A stretch of 46,623 nt of DNA from Candidatus Hermodarchaeum yapensis (GTDB taxonomy: Archaea > Asgardarchaeota > Hermodarchaeia > Hermodarchaeales > Hermodarchaeaceae), in contig JAEOSK010000021.1 in NCBI GenBank assembly GCA_016840405.1, positions 1-46,623 of the forward strand, given 5' to 3'. A program made the position numbers and the translations under genes. The notes beneath the pieces were generated by a model that saw only the letters and a list, made by a program, of their open reading frames with translations, made no database searches and was not told the DNA's origin. Below, one piece after another: positions 19,888-30,163 of the stretch (its first letter is position 1; every line of letters starts with the position of its first letter).

Positions 19888-21330
19888 ATGACGTTTCATG
19901 ACCTTGTTCAGCATGGCGTCCAATTTGGTGATGCCCAAGGAGCCGACTATATCGAACTGCGTTATGTGCAATCGGTAGTAGAAGGCTATTCCACTCGAAA
20001 CGGTGAGATTATCTCCGCAGGTACAACCGAAACTGCAGGCATTGGAATCCGCGCTCTAGCCAATGGTGGTATAGGATTTGTATCAACGGCTAGACTCAAA
20101 AAAGAAGAGATTGAACGAGCTGTTAAAACGGCTATCGGTCTCGCTCAAACCTCAAAACGAAAAACTCCACTCGTACTCTCCGAAGAACCCACTGTCCAAA
20201 CCCGATGGGAAGTACCTGTGAAAATTCCGTTCGCGGATGTCTCTTCCGAGACGAAACTCAACCGTGTTTTTGAAGTTGATAAAACCCTCACAAGTACCTT
20301 TAACAGTGATACTCTACCGTTCCGCCTCGTTATCCTTGCACTAGAGACGAGTAAGAAACTCATCACCAACAACGAGGGAACCCAAGTTGAGTCCGATTAT
20401 AGCCTCGGACGATACCTTGCGATGCTTACAGCCAAAGGCAACAAGGATATAGAACAACGAATGATTAGCCGTGGTTCAACAGGAGGATGGGAATGGTTCG
20501 CCGACCCACAGTTCATCCAAAACTTTGTCGATGAAGCTCAAGATGCCAAAAGCGTTGCAGATAACGCCAAAGCCATGACTTTTGACAAACCCGTCGATTT
20601 CATCGTAGGACCGGAAGTCGCCGGCATCATCTCCCACGAAAATTGCGGACACCCCTCCGAAGCTGACCGCATCCAAGGACGCGAAGGCATGAATGCAGGC
20701 GAATCCTTCTGGATGGACATCGACGTTGGAACCACACGTGTCGGATCACCCGCCGTGACTGTAATTGACGACCCAACCATCCCCAAAAGCGGAGGATTCT
20801 ATCTGTATGACGATGAGGGAGTACAAGCCCGACCCAGATATTTAATCAAAGAGGGCATCGCCAACGAAATGTTTCACGATCGTCTCTCCGCAGGACGAGT
20901 AGGTGTGAAATCCAATGGATCCTCACGAGCGACGAACTATAATCGTGAGCCCATCCCCCGTATGGCCAATACGTACATCGCGCCTGGAGATTACTCAAAA
21001 GAGGAATTAGTCGAAGATATCAAATTTGGAATATATATGAAATCGTTCACAGAATGGAATATTGACGATCGTCGATATCAGTCGAAGTATGTGGGGTCGT
21101 ATGCACGGTTGATCAGGGATGGGGAGGTCACGGATACGTTCGTTCGGAGACCGGTGCTGGAGTTGACTTCTCGTGGATTATTTGATGCTGTGGATGCGTG
21201 TTCTAAGGGATTTACTGCAGACCAAGCGATTTGCGGGAAATCGGATCCAAGTCAAGGGATTCCGGTGTGGACGGCAGGTCCAGATGCGATGCGACTCCGT
21301 GCAATCCGTGTTGGAGGTGTTCCGACATGA
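19888..21330 (+). CDS. tldD: TldD-family metalloprotease
   Basis: HENCGHPSEAD (HExxxH), YDDEG, PRMANTY and CGK motifs. Confidence 0.92.
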   Translation: MTFHDLVQHGVQFGDAQGADYIELRYVQSVVEGYSTRNGEIISAGTTETAGIGIRALANGGIGFVSTARLKKEEIERAVKTAIGLAQTSKRKTPLVLSEEPTVQTRWEVPVKIPFADVSSETKLNRVFEVDKTLTSTFNSDTLPFRLVILALETSKKLITNNEGTQVESDYSLGRYLAMLTAKGNKDIEQRMISRGSTGGWEWFADPQFIQNFVDEAQDAKSVADNAKAMTFDKPVDFIVGPEVAGIISHENCGHPSEADRIQGREGMNAGESFWMDIDVGTTRVGSPAVTVIDDPTIPKSGGFYLYDDEGVQARPRYLIKEGIANEMFHDRLSAGRVGVKSNGSSRATNYNREPIPRMANTYIAPGDYSKEELVEDIKFGIYMKSFTEWNIDDRRYQSKYVGSYARLIRDGEVTDTFVRRPVLELTSRGLFDAVDACSKGFTADQAICGKSDPSQGIPVWTAGPDAMRLRAIRVGGVPT

Positions 21331-22700
21331 TGGAGCAGAAAGACGTACAGGATTTAGTTGACCATGCCTTGAAAGTTGCCTCTGCCAAGGGAGACGCGGT
21401 GGTCCAGGCACGTGATGTGTTGGAGCATCAGATTCGAATCAGTAATTCAGAGATTGATATTTTCAAACAGTGGAACTACACAGTATTCGATGTTTTTATT
21501 GCGATAGAGGGCAAGATTGGTACGACTGAGATTTTCAGTCCGACTCCGAAGTTGATTGATGAAGAAATCAGTCGCTTGGTGAAGTTAATACAGAGCCTTC
21601 AACCAACCCCTCTTTACTCGGGATTACAGGAGGACCTGAAACCCCCAACAAAAGTCGACAAGCTTTATGATAAACGGATTCGTGATTTTCCTAACCAAGC
21701 ACCAGATGTGGTTGCAGCGGCATTAAACGCGGCTCAAGAGGCCGGGGCAAAACGGACTGCCGGTTCGTTCTTTTTCAGTGAAACCTACAATTTGGTTGAA
21801 ACGACAAAGGGATTTAGCGGTGATTATCCGGAATCAGCGTATCGAATGACCTTACGGAGTTTTGTTGATCCTGAAAGTTCAGGACAAGGTCTAGCAGTTG
21901 GACGACGGATTAGTACTGCAGAAAAAGACATTGTTCAAGCCGGTCAAGAAGCAGGAGAAATCGCCTTACAGGCAGTTGGAGGTAAACAGGGGAAGGCAGG
22001 TGTTTACGATTTAGTCTTACATCCCACCGTTGCAGCCTCGATTTTAGGTTCTTTGGTTGAATCCGCGAACCCGCTGTTATTGATGATGGGAATGAGCCCG
22101 CTTAAAGATAAATTAGGTGAAAAACTGGGTCCTGATTCATTGAGCGTATGGGATGATGGTCGGAAGCCGAATGGATTGGGCAGTGCACCTTTTGATGTTG
22201 AAGGTACTCCAACCCAGAAGTCACCCATCTTTCAGAATGGAACCCTTCAAGGCATTATTCATAACACCTCGACTGCGAAAATGAATCAAGCGAAAACCAC
22301 TGGTAATTGCTCAATTGCACGATTTGGGATTGGGTCAAAGATGTTTGTTCCGTCTCCTTCGAATCTCGTGTTTGAGCCAGGTGATGCTTCATTCGAAGAA
22401 TTACTCGAACCCAACCGTCCAACAATTTATATTACTTCGAATTGGTATCTGCGATATACGAGTCGACTTGAAGGCTCGTTTTCTACGATTCCCCGGGATG
22501 GTATGTTTCTGATTGAAAACGGTGAGATTGGTCAATCCATTCAGAAGCTCCGCATCTCTGATAACATACTTCGCATGGTTGCCAACATTGAAGCCTTAGG
22601 TAAATCGCCACGTCAGATTCGATGGTGGGAAGTCGAAACACCAACGTTCATTCCCTTTGTCCGAATCAAAGATGCAAAGATGACTGCTGCAACACAGTAA
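21327..22700 (+). CDS. pmbA: PmbA/TldE-family protein
   Basis: PFDVEGTP, TTGN and RISDN motifs, no HExxxH; ATGA overlap with the tldD stop places the start at 21327. Confidence 0.88.
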   Translation: MMEQKDVQDLVDHALKVASAKGDAVVQARDVLEHQIRISNSEIDIFKQWNYTVFDVFIAIEGKIGTTEIFSPTPKLIDEEISRLVKLIQSLQPTPLYSGLQEDLKPPTKVDKLYDKRIRDFPNQAPDVVAAALNAAQEAGAKRTAGSFFFSETYNLVETTKGFSGDYPESAYRMTLRSFVDPESSGQGLAVGRRISTAEKDIVQAGQEAGEIALQAVGGKQGKAGVYDLVLHPTVAASILGSLVESANPLLLMMGMSPLKDKLGEKLGPDSLSVWDDGRKPNGLGSAPFDVEGTPTQKSPIFQNGTLQGIIHNTSTAKMNQAKTTGNCSIARFGIGSKMFVPSPSNLVFEPGDASFEELLEPNRPTIYITSNWYLRYTSRLEGSFSTIPRDGMFLIENGEIGQSIQKLRISDNILRMVANIEALGKSPRQIRWWEVETPTFIPFVRIKDAKMTAATQ

Positions 22701-22875
22701 TCTGCCTTATAAAGGACCGAAAAAAAACAGGTCAAACTTATATGTCTGAAGAACTTGAGAGGCAGCAAGGGGCAAAAACCTAAATAGCCCCTATTCATGC
22801 CAAGATATCAGTAGCACAGAGGAAAGAACGAACACAATTATACAAGGCGCCACAGAATGAGATTTTGAGGAATCG

Positions 22876-24603
22876 ATGATGGGTCGAAACGGTGGAAAAC
22901 AAGTAGTCCTAACGGCTTCAGTTGCCGAAATGGCCGGGTGGGATGCAGATCCTTTCATGGCCTTTGCGGGTGGCTTCCCAGGACGACTTTTTCCCAAAAC
23001 TATGCTAAGGCGTATGTATAAGCCAGACCAACCAAACCCTGACCATTCGGCACCCTTTGCCCCGTATGGGCTTAGAAAAATCGAAGCGACACTTTTAGAA
23101 AGCGGATTTGATGAAGAAGATATTATTACCGTTCATCCCAGCCAACTCAAACATGTAATGGGACCCAAGACCAAAGTTGTAGGCGTCTCCAGTATGGACC
23201 CCTTAGGAATGGCTTACGTCAGCTTGACGTATACCTCTCTTACAGGGCTTGGCAGCGTTGCAGCAACGGGATTAGAATTTCGCCGATTAATGCGTGATTC
23301 CGCATTAAAGAAGTATAGAACCACAAGGATTCTGGGTGGTGCAGGATCTTGGCAACTACAGAACCCGAAGCTACGAGAGGAATTTGGGTTTGATTGCATT
23401 GTCATGGGTGAATCTGAACGGACTGCACCAAAATTATTTGAGAAGGCAATTCGAGGTGAACCACTCCCTCCTATAGTCAGAGCTGAAAGACCTGACGATG
23501 ATGAAATCACTCCAATTCGGAATGGCGCAATTTATGGAGCTGTTGAAATTTCACGGGGATGTGGTCGAGGTTGTCAATTCTGTTCACCCACCATGAAGTA
23601 TCGACGGACCTTTCCAATTGAAAAAGTGTTGAAGGAGGTACGAGCGAACCTTCGTTGTGGCGCTGACATGATTCTTCTGAATACTGATGATGTCTTTCTT
23701 TATGGCTCTAAGGAGCGATTTCTTCCAAATCGAAAAGCCGTAGTCAATCTGTATAAGGCGGTAGTAGCTGAACCAGGCGTCAAAGTTGTTCAAACAGCCC
23801 ATGCATCCTTAGCTCCAGCCATTATTGAACCGAAAATGGTACAAGAAATTACTGATACTATTGGTGAGAAATCTCGATACAAGTATCGAGGTAACCCCGT
23901 TGTCACCGTGGAGGTGGGAGTTGAAACGGGTAGTCCTCGACTTATGCAAGAGCACATGCGTGGAAAAGCCTTACCTTATGATGTGAGCCAATGGCCTGAA
24001 ATCGTTTGTGAAGCGTATGGCATTCTCAATGATGCAAACTGGTTACCCCTGTGTACGTTAGTGACTGGTTTGCCTAAGGAAACTGAAGAGGATGTACTCC
24101 TTACCCTCGATCTTGTGCACCGAATGCGTCGATTCAAGACCTTTTTTGTACCCCTGTTCTTTGTGTCCTTGGAAGATTGTGCTCTACGAAAAGAAAAAAC
24201 GCTGAACCTTCGTCGATTAACTGAGCTTCAATGGGAAATTTTCATCGAATGTTGGGATCACAATCTTCTTCACTGGCGAGACGCTTGGCTCGAAGATATC
24301 CAAGATACTTGGGTAAATCGACAACTCATCAAATTGATTGGTGGCTTCCTTTATCTTGCTTATTACCGGTTTAAACACGGTGGTAAATCGAAGCGAATGC
24401 TTACGCGTATCGCCGGGATATTAGGGAAAGATTATCGCTTCATGCTTCCTTTTACTCATCCTTTTGGAGGCGAGGTACCCGACTCACTTAGAGAACGACA
24501 CCGAAACCGAATAAGTCTCCTACCAGTAGTACCGGGAAGTGAGGATGTCCCCCGTGAGATGCAATATGCAAATCACGAAGCACAATATCGTGTTCGACAT
24601 TAA
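22876..24603 (+). CDS. Archaeal radical SAM protein with an N-terminal B12-binding-like domain
   Basis: RGCGRGCQFC (CxxxCxxC), APYGLRKIEA, MDPLG, GGAGSWQ and GVETGS motifs. Confidence 0.88.
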   Translation: MMGRNGGKQVVLTASVAEMAGWDADPFMAFAGGFPGRLFPKTMLRRMYKPDQPNPDHSAPFAPYGLRKIEATLLESGFDEEDIITVHPSQLKHVMGPKTKVVGVSSMDPLGMAYVSLTYTSLTGLGSVAATGLEFRRLMRDSALKKYRTTRILGGAGSWQLQNPKLREEFGFDCIVMGESERTAPKLFEKAIRGEPLPPIVRAERPDDDEITPIRNGAIYGAVEISRGCGRGCQFCSPTMKYRRTFPIEKVLKEVRANLRCGADMILLNTDDVFLYGSKERFLPNRKAVVNLYKAVVAEPGVKVVQTAHASLAPAIIEPKMVQEITDTIGEKSRYKYRGNPVVTVEVGVETGSPRLMQEHMRGKALPYDVSQWPEIVCEAYGILNDANWLPLCTLVTGLPKETEEDVLLTLDLVHRMRRFKTFFVPLFFVSLEDCALRKEKTLNLRRLTELQWEIFIECWDHNLLHWRDAWLEDIQDTWVNRQLIKLIGGFLYLAYYRFKHGGKSKRMLTRIAGILGKDYRFMLPFTHPFGGEVPDSLRERHRNRISLLPVVPGSEDVPREMQYANHEAQYRVRH

Positions 24604-24619
24604 ATCGTCCTACTGAATA

Positions 24620-25135
24620 TTATCGACGACGAATGAGAGGACCGGGTAGTCGAAATTCACCCGCCCAGTAGCATAACGTATTTTCACGGCTGAAATTGAC
24701 ATCCCTATGAATGACCTTGACTTCTCCGATGAACCAATAATGGTCCCCCGTCTCCAAAGTCTGGGTTATTTCACATTCAAAATTTACGGGACATTCACTG
24801 ATTAACGGAGCTTCAACTTCTTTAGCGGGAATATCGGTGAGACGTGTTTTTTCAAATTTATTCACATCCCTTCCCGATTTGGTGCCACAAAACATCACTT
24901 GATCTAGTAACTCCTTTGTAGGAATATTGACGACAAAGTCTTTGGCAGCCTTAAGAAGCTCATAACTATAACGGCTAGGAGCGATTCCAACTCCAATCAA
25001 AAATGGATCAAACGAGAATACATGGATTAGTGCTGCAGTAATGATATTTGGAGGCGATCCGGGAATGGTAACTAATGCTAAGGGAAAAGGTGGAAACGCG
25101 CGCCAACCCTCTTTTTCATCAATAACTTGTTTCAT
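24620..25135 (-). CDS. Flavin reductase-like (flavoredoxin) protein
   Basis: FVVNIP, CGTKSGRDVNKF, APLISECPVNFEC and GDH motifs; ATG 25135 preferred over TTG 25162. Confidence 0.9.
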   Translation of the reverse strand: MKQVIDEKEGWRAFPPFPLALVTIPGSPPNIITAALIHVFSFDPFLIGVGIAPSRYSYELLKAAKDFVVNIPTKELLDQVMFCGTKSGRDVNKFEKTRLTDIPAKEVEAPLISECPVNFECEITQTLETGDHYWFIGEVKVIHRDVNFSRENTLCYWAGEFRLPGPLIRRR

Positions 25136-25238
25136 GACTTCTAATCTCCAATAATCTATCAATAACTAGCGTCTGTAAGTTACCCTTTGAATATAAACCC
25201 GTAAGATTTGAACTAACGAAAAAAACCGACACTCGTTA

Positions 25239-25991
25239 TTATGTTTTAATGGCTTTCACAATCTGAGTTAATGTTTCACCAGCCTCGGCATGAAACACCA
25301 GGTCAGCCATTTGGTCAAGTGGTGTTGGTTCTTGGTTAATGATGATGAATTTGGCTCCACTTTGCGTGGCAATTGTGGGAAGTGTTGCAACGGGATATAC
25401 AACGAGATATGAACCAACCGCTAGCATTAGTTCGCACTTTCTTGCAGCCTCCACTGCAACGCCTAATGCTTTCTGAGGTAAAGCTTCGCCGAAAAAAACG
25501 GTGTCTAACTTGAGTAAGCCACCACAAGTCGGACACATGACGGGAATCTGACGCTTCCTCATTGCGTTTTCAAGATGCTTGCGATCGACTTGTATTTGGC
25601 AGACTGTACATGTGGCACTGAAGAGACTGCCATGAACCTCAATGACGTTTTTGCTCCCGGCTATTTGATGTAAACCATCGACATTCTGTGTGATGAGGCA
25701 GTCCAAGAGTCCCATTTTTTCCAATTTTGCCAACATTATATGAGAGGGATTGGGCTTTGCATTCATAATCGTAGGAGCCATTTCAAGAGCCATCTCCCAC
25801 CACCCTCTTGGATCACTAAGAAAACCGTTGATACTAGCAAATTTCGCAGGGTCAACCTTCGTCCACAGTCCGTCAGGTCCACGGAAATCTGGAATCCCGC
25901 TTTTCGTTGATACACCTGCACCAGTTAAGGCCACAGTAGATGTTGATGTGGAAATCATCTGTGCAACTTGCTGAATTTTCTCGTCTAGCAT
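25239..25991 (-). CDS. cobB: NAD-dependent protein deacylase (Sir2 family)
   Basis: TGAGVSTKSGIPDFRG, ITQNVDGLH, HG and two CxxC pairs. Confidence 0.93.
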   Translation of the reverse strand: MLDEKIQQVAQMISTSTSTVALTGAGVSTKSGIPDFRGPDGLWTKVDPAKFASINGFLSDPRGWWEMALEMAPTIMNAKPNPSHIMLAKLEKMGLLDCLITQNVDGLHQIAGSKNVIEVHGSLFSATCTVCQIQVDRKHLENAMRKRQIPVMCPTCGGLLKLDTVFFGEALPQKALGVAVEAARKCELMLAVGSYLVVYPVATLPTIATQSGAKFIIINQEPTPLDQMADLVFHAEAGETLTQIVKAIKT

Positions 25992-26108
25992 TGGTAGCCC
26001 TCGATAATCTGGATATCACAAGACCTGTAAAGACAAAAGACTGTGGGTTTTTCCATGTGGATACAAGTTTTAACTACCAACAGACTTGTTAGACGCGAGG
26101 AGATCTCA

Positions 26109-27656
26109 ATGGCGAATTCCCAATTAGTTGTGGCAATCGATGTGGGAACAGGTGGTACCAGAACAGCCGTGTTTGATGCCAGTAACGGAAAACTCATTAT
26201 TCAAACACACCAGGAATATTCCTCCCTTTTCCCTCAGCCAACATGGGTTGAACAAAATGCAGAAGATTGGTGGAAAACTACCTGCAGTACAACCCAGGCT
26301 AGTCTCAAAAAGATTGGTAAGCGAATCAACGAAATTGTGGCGGTTAGTATTACCAATCAGCGGGAGACCATTGTACCAGTTGACGAAAAGGGAAAACCAC
26401 TCCATAATGCTCTCGTTTGGCAAGATCGTAGAACTATCCAACAATGTCAGACCATTACAACAGAGCTGGGTGTAGACACTGTGTATAACGAGACGGGTTT
26501 AATCATTGACCCTTACTTTTCAGCTCCAAAAATTCTTTGGTTCAAAGACGAGAAACCAGAAGTTTTCCGTGATGCGGCTAAATTCCTTCTTGTCCATGAT
26601 TTCATTTTACACCGGTTGACAGACATCTTTGCCACGGATTATAGTAATGCGTCCAGAACGATGCTTTTCGCTGTTCGTCCCATGGAATGGTCCAAACTTA
26701 TGTGTGATGCCCTTGAGATTCCAAAGGAAAAACTTCCCAAAGCGTATCCCTCTGGTACGCAAACAGGAGAAATCTCAAAGCGTGCAGCAAAAGCAACCGG
26801 TCTCCTTGAAGGATTACCTGTTGTGGTTGGAGGTGGGGATCAACAATGTGGAGCGGTTGGCGTCGGTGTTGTTAAACCCGGACGTGTCAAAGCAACAGTT
26901 GGGACTGGAACATTCATTTTAGCCTATGAAGAACAACCTCGGTTCGATTCTGAGCACCGTTTACTTTGCAGTTGTCATGCAGTTCCCAATAAGTGGGTTA
27001 TTGAGGCAAGTATTTTCACTAGTGGAATTATTTACCGTTGGTTCCGTGACCAATTTGGTCAGGAAGAGAAGAGTTTAGCTCAACTCTTAGGTTCTGATGC
27101 ATATGAGTTGATGAATGAACAGGCGGAGCAATCTCCTCCGGGGGCACGCGGAATTCTTTTGTTACCTCATTTTGTTGGTGCGGGTGCACCTCATTGGAAT
27201 CCAGACGCCCGTGGCGTAATTATTGGTCTCGCCCTTGGTCACACTAAGTCAGATGTAATTCGTGCAATAATGGAGGGAACCTCCTTCGAAGTCCGGCAGA
27301 ATTTAGAAATCATGCACGAACTTGGTGTCCCACTCAAAGAATTACGACTAACGGGTGGAGCAACACGGAGTAGAGTTTGGAATCAGATTCAAGCCGATGT
27401 GACTAAGCTCACAGTTCAACGCAGTAAAGTAGAAGAGGCTACAGCGCTGGGAGCCGCGATTCTTGCGGCTGTAGGAAGCGGAATTTATCAGAATGTTAGT
27501 ATGGCTGCCGAAGCAATGGTGGCCATTGGAAACCAATATTCACCTGAAAATGAACCTGCGCAAGTCTATAATCAGCTCTTCTCTATTCATACTGAAGCCT
27601 ATCAGGCTTTAGAAGAGGCAAAGGTTTTTTCACGACTAAGAACACTTGACGCATGA
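26109..27656 (+). CDS. FGGY-family carbohydrate kinase (xylulokinase/gluconokinase-like)
   Basis: IDVGTGG, TNQRET, WQDRRT, GGGDQQ, EG and TGGA motifs; GAGGAG SD before ATG 26109. Confidence 0.9.
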   Translation: MANSQLVVAIDVGTGGTRTAVFDASNGKLIIQTHQEYSSLFPQPTWVEQNAEDWWKTTCSTTQASLKKIGKRINEIVAVSITNQRETIVPVDEKGKPLHNALVWQDRRTIQQCQTITTELGVDTVYNETGLIIDPYFSAPKILWFKDEKPEVFRDAAKFLLVHDFILHRLTDIFATDYSNASRTMLFAVRPMEWSKLMCDALEIPKEKLPKAYPSGTQTGEISKRAAKATGLLEGLPVVVGGGDQQCGAVGVGVVKPGRVKATVGTGTFILAYEEQPRFDSEHRLLCSCHAVPNKWVIEASIFTSGIIYRWFRDQFGQEEKSLAQLLGSDAYELMNEQAEQSPPGARGILLLPHFVGAGAPHWNPDARGVIIGLALGHTKSDVIRAIMEGTSFEVRQNLEIMHELGVPLKELRLTGGATRSRVWNQIQADVTKLTVQRSKVEEATALGAAILAAVGSGIYQNVSMAAEAMVAIGNQYSPENEPAQVYNQLFSIHTEAYQALEEAKVFSRLRTLDA

Positions 27657-27662
27657 AGAACC

Positions 27663-28955
27663 ATGGCAGACATCCAACTACGTTACGGACAAGGTCAAGT
27701 CAAACTTGAAATCCCTGAGAAAAACATAGGTGAAGTAATACAGCCACGAAAACAACAAGCCACCAAGGATATCACTGGAACCCTTCGCCAAGCACTTGAA
27801 ACACCTATTGATGTGACACTTCATGAAACTATCGCTGGTCGTCGAGTAGGCGTCCTAATTGAAGACGGAACCCGCGCTGAACCACACGAAATCATCGTTG
27901 ATGAGCTAACTCGCCTTCTCCAACCAGCAAAGGAACTGACCTTCATAATCACAACTGGCTCTCATGAACCACATAGTACTCGAAATCAGGAAATTATCCA
28001 AGCGATTCATCAGAGTTGTAAAAGCAACAGGTTAGACTCCTATCGGGTGCTTGTTCACGATGCCATCGAATCTCCTTGTAAACTGATTGGGACCACAACC
28101 CGTGGCACTGAAGTGTGTATCAATCAGGAAGTATTAGATCTTGAAGCGTTTGTGGTTGCCGCGGATATGAAGAACCACTATTTTGCAGGATACTCGAATG
28201 TCCTAAAGAATTTCCTTCCCGGATTTTGTGATTTCGCAGCGATTGAAGCCAATCATAGCTTAGCCTTGCAACGTGAATCCACTTTTGGTCGACATCCCTT
28301 TCACCCTGATCCAACCCGTCGAACGAATCCTGTAGCTGAGGACATGCTGGAAGCTGCAAATATGATTCTAAAAGAGCGCCCAGTGTTCCTTCTTGCCATG
28401 GTAACCAGTGGACCTTACATTTTATGGTCGGCAAGTGGAGATATGGAAGAAGTAACCCGTCAGGGAATCCAAGTCATAGATGATACAGCATCTTTTGCTG
28501 TTCCTGCCACAGATTACATTATTGTCACGCCAGGCGGATCTCCGCAAGATGAGAGCCTTTACAATGCGCAACGAGGATTAGAGCTTACTAAAAACGCGGT
28601 GCAGGATGAGGGAGAGATACTTCTTCTTGCTGAATGTCCTAAAGGCATTGCACCGACTCCCAAGGCCCGGGAGTTCTTCTATGATTACTTAATCAAACCG
28701 CTTCCGGAAATGATGGCTGAAATTCAACATCGTTATCGATTATATACACACAAAAGCTGGAAATTTGGTGAGCTCATCCAACGATTACGTCGTATTTGGT
28801 TGTACACAGAGCTAGACCAAAAACAGGTTGAAACAGCACACCTTTCCTACACAACTAATCCGCAAAGTACTGTGAATACGTGGATACAAAATAATGCAGA
28901 TGCAACAATCCATATTTTTCATGACGCCAATAAGATCGCGGTTCACGCAAAGTAG
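27663..28955 (+). CDS. LarA-superfamily (DUF2088) nickel-pincer-dependent racemase/epimerase
   Basis: EDGTR, TGSH, GTTTRGT, HYFAGYS...KNFLPG, NH and PGGSPQD motifs. Confidence 0.82.
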   Translation: MADIQLRYGQGQVKLEIPEKNIGEVIQPRKQQATKDITGTLRQALETPIDVTLHETIAGRRVGVLIEDGTRAEPHEIIVDELTRLLQPAKELTFIITTGSHEPHSTRNQEIIQAIHQSCKSNRLDSYRVLVHDAIESPCKLIGTTTRGTEVCINQEVLDLEAFVVAADMKNHYFAGYSNVLKNFLPGFCDFAAIEANHSLALQRESTFGRHPFHPDPTRRTNPVAEDMLEAANMILKERPVFLLAMVTSGPYILWSASGDMEEVTRQGIQVIDDTASFAVPATDYIIVTPGGSPQDESLYNAQRGLELTKNAVQDEGEILLLAECPKGIAPTPKAREFFYDYLIKPLPEMMAEIQHRYRLYTHKSWKFGELIQRLRRIWLYTELDQKQVETAHLSYTTNPQSTVNTWIQNNADATIHIFHDANKIAVHAK

Positions 28956-29085
28956 CCAAATCGTTCTATTTGATTTACAAAATCTAAAGAATTTCTCGAA
29001 TTAAATCCGACTTAAAGTCAATCAGAAGCAAATGTTAAGAACGCATCCTGTGCAATATACTCGGTAATAGTCTGGGAGCTCACCG

Positions 29086-29565
29086 ATGCCAGTCGTATAC
29101 ACGTATTGTGAAAAATGCAAAGCATATATTGCGATTGATGTTCCACCTGACACCATTCAAAGACAAACTGTCTTTCCTTTTCCCTACTCGTACGTTCACG
29201 GTGAGCCCAACCATGTCATCACGATTTATCTAGACCAAGACCTCGTTGAACGAGGCCATGAAGTGTCTGAAATCCATGCAGGTAATCAGGTGGAGGTTGC
29301 CCAACCGCCCCCAAGTGGGACGACAGCCCCAGCTCCTCCCACGTCAATGGTAGGCACAAAAAGTCGTCGAATCGTACCTCGAGTTATTGCCGACTTAGAT
29401 AAACAAAAACTCTCAATCACGGAGTTTCGGATGCTCAGCCTTTGCGACGGGCAAACAACACTCCAAGAAATTGCAGATAAGATGGGATTACAATTTTTCA
29501 TCGCTATGCGGATGTTGTTAGACCTCCAAAAGCGTAAACTTGTAGATTTCGAAAAGCGATTCTAA
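29086..29565 (+). CDS. Hypothetical protein: N-terminal Zn-binding (CxxC...H...H) domain, Pro-rich linker, C-terminal winged helix
   Basis: CEKC...FPFPYSYVHGEPNH...YLDQDLVER; C-terminal LCDGQTTLQEIADKMG...LLDLQKRKLV has a wHTH pattern. Confidence 0.7.
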   Translation: MPVVYTYCEKCKAYIAIDVPPDTIQRQTVFPFPYSYVHGEPNHVITIYLDQDLVERGHEVSEIHAGNQVEVAQPPPSGTTAPAPPTSMVGTKSRRIVPRVIADLDKQKLSITEFRMLSLCDGQTTLQEIADKMGLQFFIAMRMLLDLQKRKLVDFEKRF

Positions 29566-29631
29566 TCCGATTACCAGCGACGAAGAATTCTTAACCCCTA
29601 TTGAGCATGTACGAATGTAAGGTGACTAGCC

Positions 29632-30141
29632 ATGGGTGTCAAAGGTTGGATCGGTTGGCATTTTAAGATGGATAAAACGTCACTGAATGCCTTTCAGGCA
29701 TTGGTGGCTGCAGTAATAGATGATGTACTTGCACAAACAAAGGGTGACATAAATCAGGCAAACGAGAAGCTGTTTCGCCTTGGAATGGCGATGGCAGAAA
29801 CATTACTATTCGAATACAGCGACACGATTGGTGAACACGCCACCACCTTTGATGGCTTTCTTAACACATTCACCCTCGCTACACGCGTGATGCTTGGGAA
29901 AAAATTTGACGAAGCCTATTATGACTCAGAGGAAAAGAAAATTGTCTATGCGTTTAATGATTGTCCCATCTGTGAGAACATCCGGATGTCCGACGAGTTT
30001 CGCGGTCTGAAGTACTGCAATATTCTCAGCGGAGTCTTCCAACACGTTCTAACACTTCGTGGTTTTAATAGCGAATGTGAGGAAGTTCAATGCAAAACGT
30101 GGGGCGCAGATTCCTGCATTTGGGAGCTCCGAGAAAAGTAA
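29632..30141 (+). CDS. V4R-domain protein (TRAPP Bet3-related fold)
   Basis: LFRLGMAMA helix, DCPICE, YCNILSGVF and EVQCKTWGADSCIWEL (V4R Cys pattern). Confidence 0.82.
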   Translation: MGVKGWIGWHFKMDKTSLNAFQALVAAVIDDVLAQTKGDINQANEKLFRLGMAMAETLLFEYSDTIGEHATTFDGFLNTFTLATRVMLGKKFDEAYYDSEEKKIVYAFNDCPICENIRMSDEFRGLKYCNILSGVFQHVLTLRGFNSECEEVQCKTWGADSCIWELREK

Positions 30142-30163
30142 AGAAAGTTTGATAAGTTAACCC

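Noticed and set aside
21231-21326. Cys-rich N-terminal extension of PmbA in the ORF track
   Set aside because: It overlaps the tldD C-terminus; the ATGA coupling at 21327 is the more plausible start
17923-24603. Possible RiPP cluster (TldD/PmbA, aminopeptidase, radical SAM, small ORF)
   Set aside because: No convincing precursor peptide, SPASM/RRE domain, YcaO or exporter; these families are common housekeeping genes in archaea
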